Notes: generated by a model not told the origin, from the sequence alone. A stretch of DNA of 64,000 bases from the human T2T-CHM13v2.0 reference genome, Homo sapiens (GCF_009914755.1 NC_060931.1); one strand, 5' to 3'; positions 26,229 to 41,264 are shown, numbered from the stretch's first letter. Translations and numbers: made by a program.

Positions 26229-28817
26229 TGTTTAAAGTAAATGTGAAACAGAAGAACAAAGCAGAATTGCTTAGACATGCCTGATTAAAGACATTTTCAC
26301 TTCTGTGTGTTCTGTTTGGGTTGCCAGTGTGTGTCAGTGTCCCTGGGATAGGGTTAGCCAGTTCAGTGTGGCACAAATCATCATGCTGTGGGCCATGGTG
26401 GAAGCAGTGGCCACTTAAGCAGGAAAGCCATTGCAAAGGAGGTGACATTTGGGTCTGGCTCCAAAGATAAGTAAGCTTGATTCATGCTTTGAAGCTGGTA
26501 CTGTGGATACGCTGAGTCAACTCAGAAGCTTCCCATATGAGCAACAGCTACTGTATTGAATGCAGGTTTTTCTGTTCATTTATGGTTATAAGGCATACTA
26601 CAAAAGGAACAATAAGTTTTAAGAAACTTGAAAATCTCTTTTTTGGTTGGGCTAGACCCCCATGGAATGACATGGAAATGTCTTAAGTCAGGCTGTACAC
26701 AAAGTCTCTGAACCACTCCCTCGAATGTTTTATCTTATGTTGGACCATGATGACTTTGGGATTAAGGTTAAGATTTTATGCTCTTTGAGGGTAAAAACAA
26801 ACATCCCCACACAGCAAGAAACAGAGACAAAAAAGCAAACAAACACTGGGATGCTTTCTAGATGCTGAAATCTTAGTCTAATTAGACTTTAGATGATTGG
26901 GTGCTGTTTTGCTCTTAAATTTTCCCTTGGGCAGGTTTCATTCACATGATATACCTCTGCCTTTTGCATTACAACATTCCTTTCCTTGTTTTCCTCATTC
27001 TCAATGGAGAGTCTCAGCACAGGTCAGTGTACACAGAGCAGCACCCAGTGCACTCTAATTGACACAGCCCAGGTTCATATTTGAATTATATCACCTCTAA
27101 TAATCATAATACATACCATCTGCCATTTATTGAGGATGTGTAATGAATATCAGGCACTGCTCCAAGAGCTTTATATTCACAATTTTAGGTAAAATTTTCA
27201 TTTTAGTGAGGAAGAGTTTAAGCGATTGGTCACATTTGTTCAGGGGGATAAGCACATTGAAGAGTCTGTTTGTCAATCAGTCAATAAATCAATTGATCAA
27301 TAGACCCATCCAGCCATTCCTCCACCTGTGGAACAATATTGCCCGCTATAATGGTAGTATAGGCAACAGGCTATGGGAATGCAGAAAGGGGTCATTAACT
27401 CTAAGCGGTAGAAGGGCCTCTGCAGAAACAATGTGGAGCTCAGTCATGAAGAAGGTGCATTTTGATTGGTGGAGGATGAAGCTTCTACACAGAGCTCTGT
27501 ATCTATCTATTCATTTATCTTCTGCCTTTTGCCAACAAGGATTTAAGACCACTTACAAAATACATGAAGCACATGTAGATAAAGGATAGTAAAAAGGCAA
27601 ACCAGATTATCACAATTAAAAAAAATTACTCAACTGAAGCAGAGATATTTTAGATTATTAAAGGACAGAAATATATCTCTGATGGACTGATTAAGAGGAA
27701 GATAATATTTAAAGCAGTGAAAAATGACTTCACCATCATTTTTATAGTAAATACAAAAAATAACTGCTCATTCATATTTCTTATTATAATGTCCTAAAAC
27801 TAAGGTGCAATTAGACAGAAGTGATTATAATGGGATGGGCAAAATCTATGTGATCCAGGCTGTGCACAGCTTTCTGATGCCTCAGGGTAAACCTATTTGG
27901 GTTTCTTAGGGGAATATTTAGGGAAAGAATGAATTTTTTTATTTTGCAGATAATCCTTTAATTTAGTATGTCAGTTCTTAGGAAGTTCAAGAGACTTAAG
28001 ACCTGGGTGTGCACATAATACCTGCGTTAGTTGGGGAATTAACAATCATCATGCTAAATCATGCCTAGTCATGAAAGAGTTTTTGGTTGTATGCTTTAAT
28101 ATTAACACCATAGTTAGAGGTAGTGACATGGCAATGTGGTATTGATGATGCCATTTTATGAGTGAAGTCAGTGAGGCCTGGAGAAATCATACTCAGTGGT
28201 CACGAGGGAGTCCATATGTAAGATCCAAATTATAACTCACTTCCACCTTTTGAGGGCCAACAAGTTTGCTCTTGGTGGTGAGAACCAAACTAATGATTTA
28301 GTTCTGCATCTATATTGTATCCTGGCCTTGAGGTTGGCTATGATAGGAAGACAGCATGTTTTTCTTGACTCCTACTAACAGTTATTCCAACAACTCTAAT
28401 TCTGAGAACAGTGTTTAGTATGTTTAGGTATTTTGAGCATTTCATTGGGCCTACTGATAAACAGAAATTGCTATTAATCTTTTACAAGAAGAAAGAGTGG
28501 TACGAATAGAAATTTGATCAGTGAACATGAATTAACTTAGTCTTTAATTAAAGTAACATTGCAGAGATGTTTTAATGTGCTTCAAAGAGTAGAAACTCAA
28601 TTATTAAAAGAAAGGAGGAAATTAGATTGTACTCTTTATTTGGGATTGCTGTTTTGGTCCTTTTGTTCACCAATCTGGTTCTCACATTAGGGAAAACCAA
28701 GCCAGTTCTACAGAGATACTATGCCTATGAAAGGCTGGACACTCGACATGTACCTCTGCGTGCCCTTTGAGTTAGCTTCACCCTTTATTCCTTTATGTAA
28801 TTTCATAACTGAAATGC

Positions 28818-29155
28818 TATCTTAGTCTGTTTAGTCTACTCTAATAAAATACTATAAACTCTGTAGCTTGTAAACAACAGAAATTTATTTCTCATCTTGG
28901 AGGCTGGGAAGTCCAAGAACAAGGTGCTAGCAGATTTGCTGTTTGGCTCATAGTTGGTGTCTTCTTACTTTGTTGTCACGTCGTGGTGAGGGTTCTCTCT
29001 GGAGCCTCTTTTATAAGGGCACTAATCTAAGTCATGAGAGCTTTGCTCTCCTGACCTAATCACCTTTCAAAAGCCCCACCTCCTAATACCATTACATTGG
29101 TGATTAGAATTTACCATATGAATTTTGTGGAGACACAAATGTTCAAACCATAGCA
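28818..29155 (-). mobile_element. ERVL-MaLR solo LTR (MLT1A-like)
   Basis: tcttagtctgttt...aaacaacagaaatttatttctca..tggaggctgggaagtccaag...ccccacctcctaataccat...caaaccatagca. Confidence 0.88.
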
Positions 29156-29269
29156 AACAATATTTCATTAGCTCCTTTTGCTCATTCGAGACCTTCTTGA
29201 GATATGCTGATTCCTCCTACCTCCACCCACCTCCCCCACTGCCCATACCCAATTTTTAGATAATTTTAC

Positions 29270-29500
29270 TCATTCTTTAAGAAGCTCCTCAGGCATTATA
29301 TCTTCCAAGAATTCTTCTCTGACCTCCCAATTCCCACAGTTTCTAGATCGTCTTTTTTCCAGAACTTACCTTACTGTTGTATTGAAACAGCCTTTGATGA
29401 GTTTGCCCTTTCACTAGACTGTGAGCTCCATGAGGGGAGCTCATGTCTTAGTGATTTTGGTTCACTGTGATGAACACATTATAGATTTGTTGAACTTACA
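29270..29500 (+). mobile_element. L2 fragment
   Basis: ttcactagactgtgagctccatgagggg...catgtcttag, the L2 3' region signature. Confidence 0.6.
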
Positions 29501-29718
29501 AGCTTCATTGTGGAATCAAACTCTTTTTTAACAAACTTTATCCCAACTAATGACTCCTGGGGATCCTTTAGGCATGTCTGACCCAAGACTCTATTTTTGT
29601 GCTCCAGACTTACGTGGTCTTATAAGAATGTATAATGGACCTATGATGGAATCACCGATGACAAAATGGGACATCCCCGATTCTGTCTTACTTACACTGT
29701 GCTTCTGTTTCTCTCTAG

Positions 29719-29828
29719 GTCAGAGGAAAGTGTTTGACCTCCCTTTTGGGAGCTGCCTCTTTCGAAGTGATGTTTATGACAATGGATCCTCATTTCTGTA
29801 CGATAACTGCACAGCTTGTACCTGCAGG
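29719..29828 (+). CDS. BMPER: BMPER coding exon (exon 8), start of vWC4; 110 nt, phase 1 to 0
   Basis: Acceptor ctctctag|GT, donor AGG|gtaagg. Encodes (G)[36 protein letters not shown] with CxxCxC and NGS/NCT sequons. In frame with the previous exon. Confidence 0.97.
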
Positions 29829-31265
29829 GTAAGGCAGCTCTGAGAGGCTGTGGTCCAGCAATGATAGGGTTTGGGTTTCAGTGTTAACATCACAGCCATA
29901 GCCAAAGCCAATGGTGTGTTATTTATTGGGAGGAAGCATTAACAATGCCATTTTACAAGGAAAATCATACTCAAGGTCACCAAGGACTTACACATAGGAC
30001 CCACACTATAGCTCAATCATCTTCTAAGGACCAAGAAGTTAGCTCCTTGTAGTGAGAATCAGGCTCCAAGGGCCTGTTCTGAGGATTTTCTAAAATCAGA
30101 CAAATACATACGGCTGTGCCCTCTGGCTCTAATTATCCAAGATGAATTCTCTAACACACCTGGCAATAAAAATTGCTTTTAATCACATTCAAGAGAAGAG
30201 AAAGGCATGGATTTACAGTTCATCACAAAGATAAACCTGGCAGTTTAGGAAGAGAGTATTTATGTGCTGTTTATTGTATCATGTCTTATTTGAAGCTTTG
30301 CTCATTTTTCTCAAAAGGCAACCAGAAGTCTAATTACTGCTAAAGAAAGAATTCCACAGCTTCAGAATTTTAAAGGGACACACATCACACATTCATAGAC
30401 TGTACTTATGCAGTAATTTATTTTGGAAACCAAGAAGAAATACATTTATCAGGGAGGACTTTAGGATTATTCATTAGTGAGTTAATGAATCACATCTGTC
30501 TGACAAGTTTAGAATACACTTTGGTGGTGATGGTTGTTGTTGTTTGTTTTTAATAGTTAAAGGTCGGGAGAGGGAAAGAGGGGAGCTCTACTCAATATCA
30601 GCTATGAGTCAATAGCTGGGATTAGAGCTCAGTAGTTCTTGATTACATGCTTTGTTCAGTAGCATGCACCACTTCAGCGGGTGGTTGGTTAAGGGCTGAA
30701 CTGTCCGTTCCCTTGAACACCAAACATGGAGTAATTCCTAAGCCTGAGAATACTTTACCGAAGCTTTTTCCTCCTCCCATGGTTTGTGTTATCCTATGCT
30801 AAATGTATAGCACCCGCTTCTTGCCTTGGCCTTCATCCTCAGGACTTTTCCTCTCCACTAAGAATTTCGCAGGAGATAGCTTCCTCTTGGGGATACTGAG
30901 CCTTTGATGAAACATATCACACTCCCAATTCTCTTGCTCACAGGAAAGCCTGGCATCCCATGAATGGGATTTAGTTATGCTTGCCGTGCTTTGGGTTCAT
31001 GGGTTCCTTGAGAGATGATTAGGTAATACGTCTCTGTGCGTAGCAGGAAGTATAATTAATACTCTTCCTCCAAAAGGGTGTTTTACTAGAGTATGAATTC
31101 ACAGTCATCTTGGGGATATTAAATGCTTGAAAAATCAAGCTGCAATCATTTTGAGTAATCAGTATTATTTTCTGTCTGCTTTGAGCTTCCCTTTCTAGCA
31201 TCCCCATCCAGTGTTTCTTATGATTTCCATGGCAGGTGCAGGAACCTGTTGAATGTGATTTAATA

Positions 31266-31742
31266 CAGTTGGCTCTTCGACAGTGTGGGTGCCGGGGCAT
31301 TGATTCCCTGTACCGTTGAAAATCCATGTCTAATTTTTGACTCCTTATAGACTTAACTAATAGCCTACTGTTGACTGAAAGCCTTACCAATCATATAAAC
31401 AGTCAATTAACACATATTTTGTATGTTCTATGTATTACATACTGTATTCTTATAATGAAGTAAGCTAGAGAAAAGAAAATGTTATTTAAAAAATCATAAG
31501 GAAGAGAAAATATATTCACTATTTAATAAGTGGAAGTTGATTATCATAAAGCTCTTCATCTTCTTTACATTGAGTAAGCCGAAGAGGAGGAGGGGTTGGT
31601 CTTGTCTCAGGGGTAGAAGAGGCAGAGGAAGTGGAAGGGGAGGCAGGAAAGGCAGGCACACTTGATGTAACTTCTATTGAAAAAATTTCTGAGTGTAAGT
31701 GGACCCATGCAGTTCAAATCCATGTTGCTCAAGTGTCAATTG
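31266..31742 (-). mobile_element. Tigger2-derived MITE (Tigger2a-like, TcMar)
   Basis: TA|cagttggctcttcgaca ... gtggacccatgcagttcaaatccatgttgctcaagtgtcaattg|TA: TIRs with TA target duplication. Confidence 0.88.
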
Positions 31743-31859
31743 TAGTTTTCTGCATGCAGGATGGTTTCAGATCTCTGTGCCTTCAAATTGGACAATTTAT
31801 CTACCAGCAATGTTATTACCATCTTTAAATTTGATTAGCAGATGCTTCTTCATCCACAA

Positions 31860-32120
31860 CAGCCTATCTCAGGTGTCATTCAACCTGAGAGGCTTTCCTG
31901 ACTTACCTGGATAGGTAACTTTCCCTTGTCTTTGCTATCTTTACACCTTTGCTAGTTCTGTTTACCACATTATAATTGCAATTTGCTTGATTACACATTT
32001 ACCTCCCTTCTTACATTGCGAAGAACTCCTTGAGGACAGAAGTACATTTATCCATCTCTGTATTTGTATTCTCATTGCTTAACATAGTGCTAGGCACCAC
32101 AGTCTAATGATATGTACATA
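31860..32120 (+). mobile_element. L2 fragment
   Basis: gaggctttcctgac...aactccttgaggacaga...catctctgtat...aacatagtgctaggcac. Confidence 0.6.
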
Positions 32121-32975
32121 AAGCACGCTCTCTCTCTCCACACACACATACACACACATACACAATGAAAGCAGGGAGATCTACGGTGAAATATGCATTG
32201 TTTGAGAGCTAGGGAGTGCCCTTGTTTTTAAACAAGAAATCAAGATATGCAGTTTGACAAAGGATTTTTTTTTCCAATTGAAGTTGGTTTATAATAATTT
32301 CTATGTGCCAGGTATTTTACATTTAAGAGGCACAGTAAACCTGAGAAACAATAGGCAGAAGAGCACTTTTTTTTGAAATCAAATCACACTTCTTTAACTT
32401 ACAGATGATACAAACTCTTCACCTTCAGTGGGTAAGTGGCCTGGTCAAAGTCACTCCACTACATTAGAGCTCTGGAACCCAGGTCCAGTTTTGAAACTGT
32501 TGGTTCAGTCCCTTGGTGAGCACAGAACACACTTGAGGAATCTTGTCCTGAGGTGGTGCCTTTGCTCTTAACTTTTACCCTCTGACCAAAGATATCATGC
32601 CTTTACGTTAAGTTCCAAAAGGTGGCATAAAGCCGTGGAGGAGACCCAAGAGAGCACTATTAGTGCAGGTTGCAAAGAGGTAGAGGGCAGGAAGAAGGAA
32701 ACTGGTGGTTCGTGGGGAGCTGGGCGGTCTTGCCACATGCTGGTGGAGTGGGCTCATCAGTCTCTGGAACGTGAAATCATAAATCCTTGGGAGGTAGGGG
32801 TTACGTGCCATAGTTTCCACAGTGCCCTGATATTCTAGTCTAGATACTTAATCAACAAATCACAATTTGAAGTGAATGAAAGATTTATTGCAATAAATTA
32901 AAATAGGGTACCTTACAGACTTTGACACAGATAGTTATGAGTTATGAAAGGAAGGCCAGGTAGGATGTTTGGTAG

Positions 32976-33212
<237 letters not shown>

Positions 33213-34008
33213 TAAAAAGCTCCAGACACTAGGCAGATTGGGTTATCCCATAATTTCTATATACATATACAAATGTATATGTGTGCATATATTAATAGAA
33301 TGTATTTATATTACAGTATTATATATACATTTATAGTTAGAATCAAGTGCAGATAGGGGCAGAGAATCAACCGTCTGAAAGATGTTTTTCTTGACTATAT
33401 TTTTGCTGAAATATGTTAAGCCTGTAAAACCTGCCTGAATACCTAGGAGTACCTCATCTCGTTGGAGATGCTCAATGACATTTGTCAAGGTGATGATCCT
33501 TGTCAAGATCCTGATGGATCTATACAGCTTGAAGCTTTTAGAAGTTTTTCACAAAGCTACCTTTGCAAAGAAAAATTTTCTCATTTGGAAGATATTCAGA
33601 TAAGGATGTTAATAGTGTATGTAGTTGAGCCAGGTGAGAGAGCTCTGCCCAGCTGAATGGAAAAGGTTGTCTTTTGGCCATCTGTTACCAATCTCAGGTG
33701 TATTTTACATTATTCTCTGAGGACCCCAAGTGGGAAACAGTGCAATGGCCATTTAAACTTCAAAATGCAAGATGGTTGGCTTTGTCCAAAGTACCTCCTA
33801 TCTAGTCCATTTTCCCTAGGGGTGGAAGGAGTCAAATCACTCTCTACCGAAGCTGTCACCTCATGATACCCATGAGAATCAAGACCCACATAAACAAGTC
33901 AGTTGTGGTAGCTCTGCAGGCATGCTGCACTGAGCCACACTTCCTATCACACTGAAGTAGTTGGAGGGAGAGGTCTTGGTTCTGATGGAATAGTAAGAAG
34001 ACATGAAG

Positions 34009-34283
34009 TGTCGCATGGTCTCACTTATAAGTGGGAGCCAAATGATGGGATCATGTGGACATGGGAGAGGAACAACACACACTAGGGCCTGTTGGGGGGT
34101 AGGGTGGAGGGAGGGAGAGTATTAGAAAGGATGGCTAATGCATGCTGGGCTTAATAACTAGGTGATGGGTTGATAGGTGGAGTAAACCACTATGGCACAC
34201 GTTTACCTATGTAACAAACATGCACATCCTGCACATGTACCCCAGAACTAAAAATAAAATAAAAAAAATTAAAAAAGAGAAAA
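34009..34283 (+). mobile_element. L1PA 3' end (older primate L1), sense to BMPER
   Basis: gcatggtctcacttataagtgggag...ctaggtgatgggttgataggtg...acctatgtaacaaac..gcacatgtacccca-gaactaaaaataaaa followed by an A-rich tail. Confidence 0.93.
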
Positions 34284-34434
34284 CAATTGAGGACAAAAAA
34301 ACACATAAGGTGTCATGCCCAGTGAAGGGGGAGGCATGTGTGTTGTGTTTACATCAGACTTTCAGAGATGCTCATATGTCCTCTTGATATAAAGTCGCCT
34401 CCTCCTCTGTCTCCAGAACACCCAGATGAAATAG

Positions 34435-34772
<338 letters not shown>

Positions 34773-35689
34773 TGCAATACACTTGTAAGTCACCTTGTAA
34801 AAACGGTTCCTTTAAATGACTGAGGCTTAAAATAATTCACGGAGACTTGGATTCCTAGAAATGTGTACTCAGAGAACTTGGAACAGTCAGGTGTCCTTTA
34901 AGGCAGATTCAGTTAGGTCTTTCTTGAAAGGCACTAGAGGGTAGACAGTCCTTAAAATAGCTTCAAAAAGTCAGGAAGGGAAAGAGGCAGGGGAGTCATC
35001 AAATATCTCAACTGTTTCTGTTTTTAACAAAAATCTGCTGCTTGGATCTGCAAGCTCAGGAAGGAATCCTTGTTTTGTTTTCAGCCCAACTCTGTTGTCT
35101 GTGATCTTTTTTACCCACAAGCAAGGATGCACATCCCTGCCTGTCCTCCAGAGGTACAAGGGCTTTTTGTGGTATTTGGCATTCACAGATTATACCTTTC
35201 ATGAGTGAAAGAAATTCCTCAAATAGCTCTTTCTGTCTGAGCAAGGATCTAGTCTAGGAAATGTGTCCCAAAATGCTGCCCTGCATTTTAAGAGGAGAGG
35301 ACTAGATAGGCAGGGACAGGATATCCATGGCACTTGGAGTCTTCTCTCTGAGCTCTGCATTTTCAGTGGCTTGCCCATCAAGTGTCTGTCTGAGCACTGG
35401 GAGTCATTTGAATTAGCCTGTCTTCTATGCATGTCCTGTATGGGCCAGAACCATGGCACATCTGGTAATTAACCACCTCTGGACATCTCAATTAACTATT
35501 GGTGCTTGGGACAGCTTAAATATTTTAGTCTTATCAAACGGGAAAATTAGATTTCTGTCATTGTATCATGTATGAAAATTCATGCTTGGTTTTCCCCCAG
35601 GGTGGAACTAAGTAAACAATGCATGACAACAAGACATAAATATGACTTGGTTAAACACACAATAATTATTTTTATATCCAGGAGGGGGA

Positions 35690-35716
35690 ACACACACACA
35701 CACACACACACACACA
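35690..35716. repeat. ~(CA)13 microsatellite
   Basis: Direct reading. Confidence 0.95.
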
Positions 35717-35916
35717 TGCTTGCACACAATCTGAAATCTTCACTAATCTTTATCTTAAATCAGTTGGATGTAGACAGACACCTGAGTCATTTAGTCTAAT
35801 GATGGCGTCCCTCACTCAGGGCAAGAAATGCTTTCCTCCATGGAGAGGTTACAGTCTGTTGCCTCAACTCCTGTCAGCCTCCAGCTGCTGACAGGATCCT
35901 GTGCCCTCTCTTGTAG

Positions 35917-36051
<135 letters not shown>

Positions 36052-38559
36052 TAGCGTCTTGAGAAATGTCCTGTGTGTGGCACAGTCGCATGCCATCTTC
36101 CGAACACAGACTCCAGCTCCCCCAAAGCCTCTACATTCCTGACTAGTCAAATGCCTCTTGCAAAGTTTGCTCATTCTTCTTGCAGATTTTTTCCTTGCAT
36201 GAAAATAGCTCTGCTTTGCTCTTGTCCCAATTCTGATTTCTTATTGACATCTCCCATTCATTCTGTAAAATTTCTCCAACTCCTGCAAGATCTCTTTCTT
36301 TGTTTTCTTTTGCCAGGTTTTGTTTAACATCGTAACTGTCTTTTGCCTTTTCCTCTTTTCTCTCCCTTCTCAAATCAGAGCTTTCCTCTTATAGCCATTC
36401 AAAGTAATATGTGGTTTATTTATTAATACTTCCCCAAGGGGTTTCTCCTGCCTCACGGCATCCCCGATTTCTTTGCTGAAGTTTTCTCTCTCTAATCCTG
36501 GCCTCCATTGTAGCCCCAAATGGAAATAGCATCCTTATGGAAATATCTCTTTTCAAAAACTCATAGCTCCAGCACACTGAATAAAGCAACCATTATCTTC
36601 TAAAGCATGAGGTTCATTGAATTCACCTCAGCAACTTGAAACCTTTTAAAGTTTTATACATTTTGGGAAGGTGTCAAACCTATTCAACACCTTCCCGTGA
36701 ATGAAAAAATATATCCATATATTCAGGACATGTCCTCCCTTCTCTGTTATAGACAGCTTTTAATTTTATTCACATCTGTTATTATTATAAACAAAAGTTG
36801 CTGTTTTTACTTGACTGCCAAATGAGGCACAAAAAACAACAGCTGTTGCTATTGCACAACTGAATAAAGAGGAGAGGAAAAAAAGAAAAAAAAAAACCCT
36901 AATTAGTCTTGCTTTAAAAAGCCTCAGACATAAAACTGAAAGCCTCCCATAAAAGAAAAAAAAAGAAGATACAATAAGTAGACTTGAACATGGTCTGCTT
37001 ATAAATATTCATTGGGAAAAATGGGATCACATCATTATGCCAGTCCTCCGGGAACCCTCGCTGCTAATGAACTCTTGCAGCACATGTTAGTAATAATGGG
37101 CTTCCTTATTCTACAAGACAAAAACAGGATGCTGTGCCAACCTGGTGGCTCAAGTAACTAGCCTCAGCAGGCCGCCGTGGAGTTTCCAGCTTCACTTGAA
37201 TTCTGCCACTTGTAGCTGGATTGATAGTTTTCATTGTGCTCTTGCTGGGGGAGGGGATGGTGGGGGGAGGTCAACGTTCTTTATGTCACTGGTGTCTCAT
37301 TAGCCTTTCATCATTGTGGACCACATTTGGGCCAGGGGCATCCATTCCTCCAAGCAGAGGCCTTTCCCTGCCCCACCCACCCCCTCCACGCCTTGTCAAA
37401 GCTTGTTGGTGCCCCTGCCAAGGCCCCGGCCTCAGGGGCCACCTTTCTGTTTCTAGGCTTCCTTCCAACCACTCCTCCAGTTCACACTTTCCCTTCTCGG
37501 GGGCCAGCAGGAGGTCTTTGGAAGATAACTCAGCTCTATCTACCATGGAAATCTTGTTAAAAACTTACTTCCCCTCCCCTACATTGCCTGGGGAAATTTT
37601 GGAAAAAAAAAAAAAAAAGAGATAGAGAGGAGGAGCTTGTATTCCCTGCTCTGTCTTTCCTGGCTACTGCATATTCTCTTTTTCCAGATGTAAATGTTTC
37701 TTGTGGAAGAAGGGTTTTATGATTGGATTCCTTGTCAATCCTGCCTCTCCTCCCCCATCCTGCAACTCCCCCAGAGGCAAAGGAGTGCCATTTGTGAGAA
37801 GGGCTATGAGGGCTGAAGTGGGGACTGGGTCATCAGGACACTGTCATCTCTCCATCTCTAATACGTACTGAGATTTTATAGTGACAACACTAATCTCATT
37901 TAATGCTAACATCACCCCTCTGAGGTGGGTGGTATTTCTAGACCCTGCTTATGGAAGAGCCTGCAGCATGACCAGAGTCTTACGGCTAATTGCATATTAC
38001 ACAGGTGCTCTGACTTTACAGCTTGTACCTGATTTATTCCCCCATCTAATTTAGTGATATCATCACTGCCACTTTCATTTTCTGAAGACGAGAGATGGAA
38101 GTTTCCACCGAGATGTGGATGTAGGGAATCGTAGTCACATTTGTTTGGAGTCTTGGCTTTAAGGTGGCTCTGCTGCATTGGGATAAAGCACCTTAATCCT
38201 CTTGGGGCCGTCATTCCCTGGGCCTGAGCTGACCTCATTTGGCTTCATCTGCAACTGCTTTCAGTCTTGAGAAACCAAAAGAGACCCCTGTGCCAAATTG
38301 CAATTGACAGCAGAGCTCTAGGCAATGAAAATATGTTGTGATGCCCCCACACTATGGGATGACTGGCTGGGGCTGAGTTTTAAGTCTCACTCAAAGTTGT
38401 CAAAGCCTTTAATGTATCATTTAGGCCTAGCTGATGCAAAAACAAATCAGACCTGATTAAAGATCTTCAATAATTAACCAGAATCCTTTAAGTCAATCTG
38501 ATTCTTTCTTTTTGAGTACTTAAGCCTACTCTTGATGGAAATGACCAGTAGTGAGTGAG

Positions 38560-38750
38560 TGAATGAGCAGTGTGTGAGCCATGTGGCTTTGACATGAGCC
38601 TTGGCAACCTCTCCATGGTCTCTGTTTCCTTAGTTCCCTGTAAACAGGGGATAAGGACAACTGCATGTGGAGGGTTATTGTGAAATTTAAATGATAAAGT
38701 ATGAGGAATGCATAGCACTCAGTCTAGTGTATAGCAGATAATAAATATTA
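38560..38750 (+). mobile_element. MIR
   Basis: tctgtttccttagttccctgtaaacaggggataag...gagggttattgtgaaatttaaatgataa. Confidence 0.7.
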
Positions 38751-39859
38751 AATTATATTCAAGAGAAAGGACTCAAGAGGACAAAACTGCAGTGGGAAGA
38801 AAATGTCCTTTAGGGTCAGACAAAATTAGGTTTGATTTTTGGTTCTACTACTCTTGTGTTGCATGACCTCAATTTCTTCACCTATAAAAAGGGAAATACT
38901 CAGCTCATAAGGTTCTTGTGCATCTTAATAACAGTGATTATAAAATCTCTAATGTTCATTAAATCTTAATAGGTCATAAGTATTAAATCCTTATCACTAA
39001 CCCAATGTTATCACATAAGTAAAATATCGAATAAGATATTTGTTATATAGCAAGTGCTCCCTAAATGTTAAACTTCTTCTACATTTCTTTTTCTCTTTGA
39101 TTAACCACTGAGTCAGAGATAAGACAACTGATTTTCTGATATGAGTCCTGAGAATACGTCACCTCCTTTAAATGTCATGCATTAAAAAACTCAAAAGTTG
39201 TGCAATGTAGGAAATTGCAGTGTATTTCCAGAAAGGTAATGAAGCATTACTCAGTGTTTCAAAATTCTCAGCTTCCTTGGCTTTGAGTGCATAACAGTGA
39301 TTCAACATGGATAACATACCATTTTCTGAAACAAGAAATCTGACTGAATTTGATCTGTAGCACAGATATTGCCCATATCCATAGTGCTGATGATTCCTGA
39401 GCTTGGATTACAGTTTATTGTTTAAGCTTCTCCAACAAGCAAAGACAGAAAGAAGGTCTTGTAGGGTTCGCTAGGTTGACAGATAATTCTCATTTTTATG
39501 TGTGTGCCCTTGGTCTCTAAAGGGCTAGATTTGGGTATCAATGAAAAGGTTGAGTCCAGACTGTCTTCATCTTCCTTCCATGTGAGAAAAATCACACTAG
39601 TGAGCCCTTTAGGTATTATATTTCTTGGAGGATAAAAACAGGAAAGCTTGCTGAATGACTTTGCCTGGCCTTAGAACCTGATACTTGAAACTTCATTTTC
39701 ACCATCTTCATCACCATCTGGGCATTGAGTTCAAATACAGCTTGGACTGATTTCATTGGTTTATCTTGTATTAGATTTTAAAAAGATATTTGTCCTCAGG
39801 AGACCCTGTTTTTTTTTTTTTTTAAACAGTAACTTTGTATTTGTTTTTCTTCTGATTAG

Positions 39860-39905
39860 GGCAAAATTCTCAACAGAAAAGGATGCTGTCCTATTTGCAC
39901 TGAAA
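39860..39905 (+). CDS. BMPER: BMPER coding exon (exon 11), end of vWC5; 46 nt, phase 0 to 1
   Basis: Acceptor tttttcttctgattag|GGC, donor GAAA|gtaagt. Encodes GKILNRKGCCPICTE(K) with CCxxC. Too short for the ORF track. Confidence 0.95.
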
Positions 39906-40426
39906 GTAAGTTTATTCCTTTGAAAATGTGCTATTAGTATTTGTTTTGCATTTTATAGTGCAACAAGAAAAATAGGGGTGTATGTTTCCCACACATTTTA
40001 TTTTTGTAGGTATATATAGGATGGGATCATCTCACCTCCCTACAGTCACTTTAAGTCAATTGTAATTCTCCCACAGAAGTACAATGGAGACAAATATAGA
40101 TACTTCCATCAGAATTTGTTGCTATGAGAAATTAAGAAGATAAATGGTTTGATTAGGTTTTAAAAAGGACCAGATAACTTAATGTGCATTTTAACTGCTA
40201 ATAGCATTTGTAGTCATCGCGGTTAAGATAATGCTATCCGTAAAACCAAACATTATACAAAGTCTAGGAGGGGCTTTCCTTCTCCCATTATAAAGCCAAA
40301 CAGCTGCACTTCCTGCTCCCTCACCCCACCCCCACCTCATCACCATGTCACCTGGGTGCATCCAGTCTTGCTGTTGGCAAAGAGAAAACAAGAAGTCATC
40401 GGGCTGATGGTTTTGCCATCCTATTA

Positions 40427-40760
40427 TAGTCATGGGTCACTTAACAGGATGTGAAATGCCTTCTGAGAAATGCATCCTTAGGTGATTTTGTTGTTGTGTG
40501 AATATCATAGAGTGCACTTACACAAACCTAGATGGTATAACCTACTGCACACCTAGCCTATATGGTATAGCCTGTGGCTTCTAGGCTACAAATTTGTACA
40601 GCGTGTCGCTGTACTGAATACTGTAGGCAATTGTAATACATGGTATTTGTGTATCTAAGTAGAAAAGGTATAGTAAAAATGCAGTATTATATTCCTATGG
40701 GACCACAGTCCTATATGTGGTCCATCATTGACCAAAATGTTGTTGTGTGATTCATGACTA
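40427..40760 (+). mobile_element. Tigger3a/MER7-like MITE (TcMar-Tigger)
   Basis: tagtcatg...ttctgagaaatgcatccttaggtgatttt...acacaaacctagatggtata...tatgggaccac...catgacta. Confidence 0.88.
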
Positions 40761-41233
40761 TTTTTAACTGTATTCTTGAAAGTTCCTTCTAAGCATGGCC
40801 TATTCTGAAAACTGTCTGAGACTGTACTACTGATCATACAGACAGAGCATAGCAATAGCTTCATATCATTCCCACATGTAGACACATGCCTAGATCTATT
40901 AGCAAACTGCCATTTTAGTCCTCCTGAAATTCATATGGTTTTGAGATAGCTTCCTGGAGTGTTTTATTGAAAGAGGAGTATTAGTAATGTCACTGTCAAA
41001 TTAGTTCCCATGTATGATAAGTAGGATTAACAAAGTCATAAAGTCTATCAGTGTGTTTTCTGAGCCAGTTATGTTTAGAGAAGTGGTCTGGAAGACAGCT
41101 GAAAGCAGCTTTCACATGGGCACAGGTTTGTTCTTTCCAATTCTCTAAAATAGAGTTGATATTACTAGAATTACTAGACTCTGTTATTTTTTTAATTGAT
41201 TAGTGCCTTTGGACAATAGATATGCAGGGTCAC

Positions 41234-41237
<4 letters not shown>

Positions 41238-41264
<27 letters not shown>
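41238..41264. repeat. ~(TG)13 microsatellite
   Basis: Direct reading. Confidence 0.95.

Noticed and set aside
27143-27589. 148-aa plus-strand ORF in intron 7
   Set aside because: Overlaps MIR/L2-like decayed sequence, has no domain, and is not needed for the in-frame exon 7-8 join.
29550-29718. Met-initiated in-frame 5' extension of exon 8 (and similar extensions of exons 9, 12, 13 in the ORF track)
   Set aside because: Runs through the polypyrimidine tract with no promoter evidence; explained as chance open intron flank.
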